From NCBI GenBank assembly GCA_026914245.1, contig CP110439.1, positions 4,154,001-4,218,000 on the forward strand: 64,000 nt of DNA, in the 5' to 3' direction. Positions within the stretch are counted from its first letter, which is position 1; every line of letters starts with the position of its first letter. Source of the stretch: Puccinia triticina (taxonomy: Eukaryota). The position numbers and the translations under genes are program-made. Below, one piece after another: positions 61,201 through 64,000 of the stretch. The notes under the pieces are model-generated. The model had not been told where the DNA came from and made no database searches. It saw only the letters and a program-made list of their open reading frames with translations.

Positions 61201-63140
61201 CCGCGTACATAAAAAAGATCCCTTAAAAATGAGTAAGGATAGTACGCTCCGGCCAAAGAAGCGGCAGGAGAAAGAACAGTAGATTCAAAACCCGTTCTCA
61301 AGCCTAGAGAACGGGTCGCCAGACACTCTCAGGAGACTACTAAACCGAGAGTAGTCTCCATGAGAAATAGAAGGGCTTCGGTCGGGGAGGAGAGAAAGAA
61401 TTATACTACTCCTCCTCCCCCGGCCGATGATGGAACACAAACCACGCTATTCCTCGAGCCGAGGAATAGCAAAAAGATTGAATAACAAATAAAAGTGAAC
61501 AGGAGCGAAGGGACTAGTAGAATCCCCCTTCACTCCCGTCACCCTTGAAAGAAGCACTACTTCCTCCGGCCGAGAAACCGAGGAAGTATTTGCAATAAGA
61601 ACTACAACCCTACCGGTTGTAGCTCGAATATATATATATAATCGAGGGCCTTTGGGCGAAGGAAGGCCCCTCAGATACCTTTCATAACCAGCTTGAGGCC
61701 TAGCCAGTCTTGCCACTCGTCCTACCAACCAGTACGCCAGCCTGCCTTTGCCTTGACTTTGGTTTTTATCGGATCACTTGTGTTTTTTTGCCGCAGACTC
61801 CCTTTTACAAGTAAGTCTGCGTTTTTTTCCTTTCTACCGGGATTTCAATCCCTTTATATCTCCTGGGAGCATTTCGACGCGCAAATACCCCCTTGTTAAG
61901 GGCCCCAGACGTCACAGGCTACAAACACCCCTGTGCATTCAGTGCGTTGGCCCTGTAAGAACTGCGGAGGGCAATAAAAAACCCCAGGCGCCCCTGGCCC
62001 CTCCGTTAACCTATTTTTTGGTTCATTAGAAATAGCTTTCTAAGCTATTTCACACTTTTTACCGCGCTTTTGATGCGCGCGCTACTGTACCGTGCTCTGT
62101 CGCCGGCGTAGCTAGAAGAGCACTTGTGCTCTTGGCATCACCGAGCCTGACAGCTTCGGTTATCTTCTCCCATAACTTTTCTCTCTTCGTCTTCTTTTGA
62201 ACGACGTCAACCGGGACAACAATCGTAGGGAGATCAGATTGATTTCCAGATTGGTTATTGTTGACTACTACAGAGTCTGAATCGATAATCGGCAGAACAC
62301 TCGAAAGAATAGATTTGTATTGCGCGGCTGTGTCTTCTGCAGATGTAGCTCCGTTTTTATCACGTGTGTCCTCTGTATGACCTGGGGCCTCTTTATCATG
62401 AAGAATAAGATCCGATTTGTTTTCAACACTATGTATGCAATCTCTACAACTCAGAGAATGCTAACCTTTAAACGCATTACTGTTGTCGCTGTCGCTGCCA
62501 TCTGGGACAATCTCTATACCGATTTGATTTCCTTCTTTAGCTGTACATTCCAAAGATAATCCAAAGTTAGCTTGCCATCAACTCTGGCTGCTTTAATGTG
62601 ACCCTTTGAACTAACAAATTAAGTTTGGATTGTTTATAGTGCTTGGTGGAGTCTCTTGACCTCTGTTTACGTCATCGTTCTTTGGATCACCTAGGGTAAT
62701 ACCCTGTATAGCAGTGTCACTTGTCTGCGTATTCTTTGCTGCCAATCGTCGTGTTGCGCGCTTCACCATTTCATCAACCATTGTAAATAGTTTGAAGAGT
62801 TTTGATCGAAGAAAGGTTGTCAAGTGAGAAGTGAAATCTGAAAAAGATGCGGTGCTGAGGAAGAGAAACCGCAGGATATGGAAATGAGGAAGCTGTGGTA
62901 GTAAGAGCGGTAAAGATGAGGTGACACGATGATGGAGAAAAACTCAGGACAGGAGGGGGTGGGGCTGGTACTATAGGTGACCGGAAAAGCCCTGACAACT
63001 GAGCTTGGTCCCTTTGACTCAAGTCAGCCCTCCTCTGAGTTTCCTCCCGGTCTGGCCTGGCTCTACAGCTTGCGTGCTTGGACCTTGGTGACCTCCCCTA
63101 GCGGTCTGGTCACTGTCCAAGAAAAGAGGGACCTATTGTT
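58291..63140 (-). mobile_element. 3'-truncated DIRS/Ngaro-like retrotransposon (ORF1 about 62770-59950, RT about 59740-58291); YR domain not present
   Basis: FRSNPLGAVVNNDGAVRPINDLSFP; LALFDCKKAYWQIP..ITFGGVAGCGSFG..FRWVNNNLF (decayed WVDD); FIGFVW; this RT style is typical of fungal tyrosine-recombinase retroelements. Confidence 0.78.
59247..59712. mobile_element. MITE of the CAAC/7-bp-TSD family
   Basis: CAACACTGGGTCGCTACGCTA / TAGCGTAGCGACCCAGTGTTG; ACGGTGT on both sides. Confidence 0.93.
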
Positions 63141-64000
63141 TTCATATCCAGACAACTAAAGGACAGTGAAACAAGATATGGTGCCAGCCAACTTGAATGC
63201 TTATGCCTGGTTTGGGCCCTAGAGAAACTCCATTACTACTTAGATGGCAGTGTATTTCATGTTGTAACAGATTGCTCAGCTTTGAGATCACTGCTGAACA
63301 TGAAGACTCCCAACAGACACATGCTCAGATGGCAGATTGCCATTCAGGAATACAGAGGCAACATGACTATAATCCACAGAGATGGGAATATTCACAAGAA
63401 TGCGGATGGACTTAGCAGATGGGCCTTGCCAAATAATCCTAGTAACCCTGCTTATGACCCAGAAGACAAAGATGATGATAGATTCCCCATCATGGGCATC
63501 CATGTCTCTACTTTCAAGAATGAGTTCTTTGACTCAGTAAGAGAAGGTTACAACCAAGATAAAAACACTGCTATATTTTCTGAACTTTTGTTTAAAGATG
63601 CTAAAGATGCCCAGCTGAAAAACTCTCTACAAGATCCTTGGAGAAAGCTTTATGATGAAGGAAGATTCTCTACATTTGATGGCCTAATCCACTTCAGAGA
63701 AAAACATAATTCTGTCCTAGTCCTAGCTGACAAAGAAAGTATCAACACCATCTTGCATGAATGCCATGACAGTGTCTACTCTGGTAATCTTTCTGAAGAC
63801 AGGACATTGGAGAAAGTGGCTGATACAGCCTGGTGGGCTAACTGGCGACAAGACACTGGTGAATACTGCTCTTCCTGTGATAGATGCCAGAAAGCCAATA
63901 AAGCCACAGGCAGAAAGCCAATAAAGCCACAGGCATGAAAATTGAAGAACCTTCAAAGCCATGGGATGTGATTAACATGGATTGGGTAACTTCCTTGTCC
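63141..64000 (+). pseudogene. pol: Gypsy pol RNase H to integrase Zn finger, runs off the window
   Basis: [65 protein letters not shown]. Confidence 0.92.

Overview
Eukaryotic, intron-containing DNA dominated by nested transposons. Protein styles, TE types and TCG-context C>T decay suggest a rust fungus (Pucciniales, Puccinia-like); this is an inference. Host genes are few: an intron-containing tRNA-Tyr(GUA), a two-exon rust-type hypothetical gene (14099-15433), and a divergent pair encoding a DUF1769-like protein (minus) and a two-RRM RNA-binding protein (plus). The rest is Ty3/Gypsy and Ty1/Copia LTR elements and solo LTRs, a DIRS-like retroelement, hAT elements (including a family with CAAC..GTTG ends and 7-bp TSDs), and CACTA-, Tc1/mariner- and Harbinger-type non-autonomous elements. 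The main finding is a young, nearly intact, strongly CpG-depleted Gypsy element (33876-44598). Between integrase and the 3' LTR it carries an ANTISENSE four-exon gene of about 201 aa with three canonical introns. The gene has its own CpG-rich upstream island and is absent from the ORF track as a unit. All calls come from manual reading; no database searches were run.
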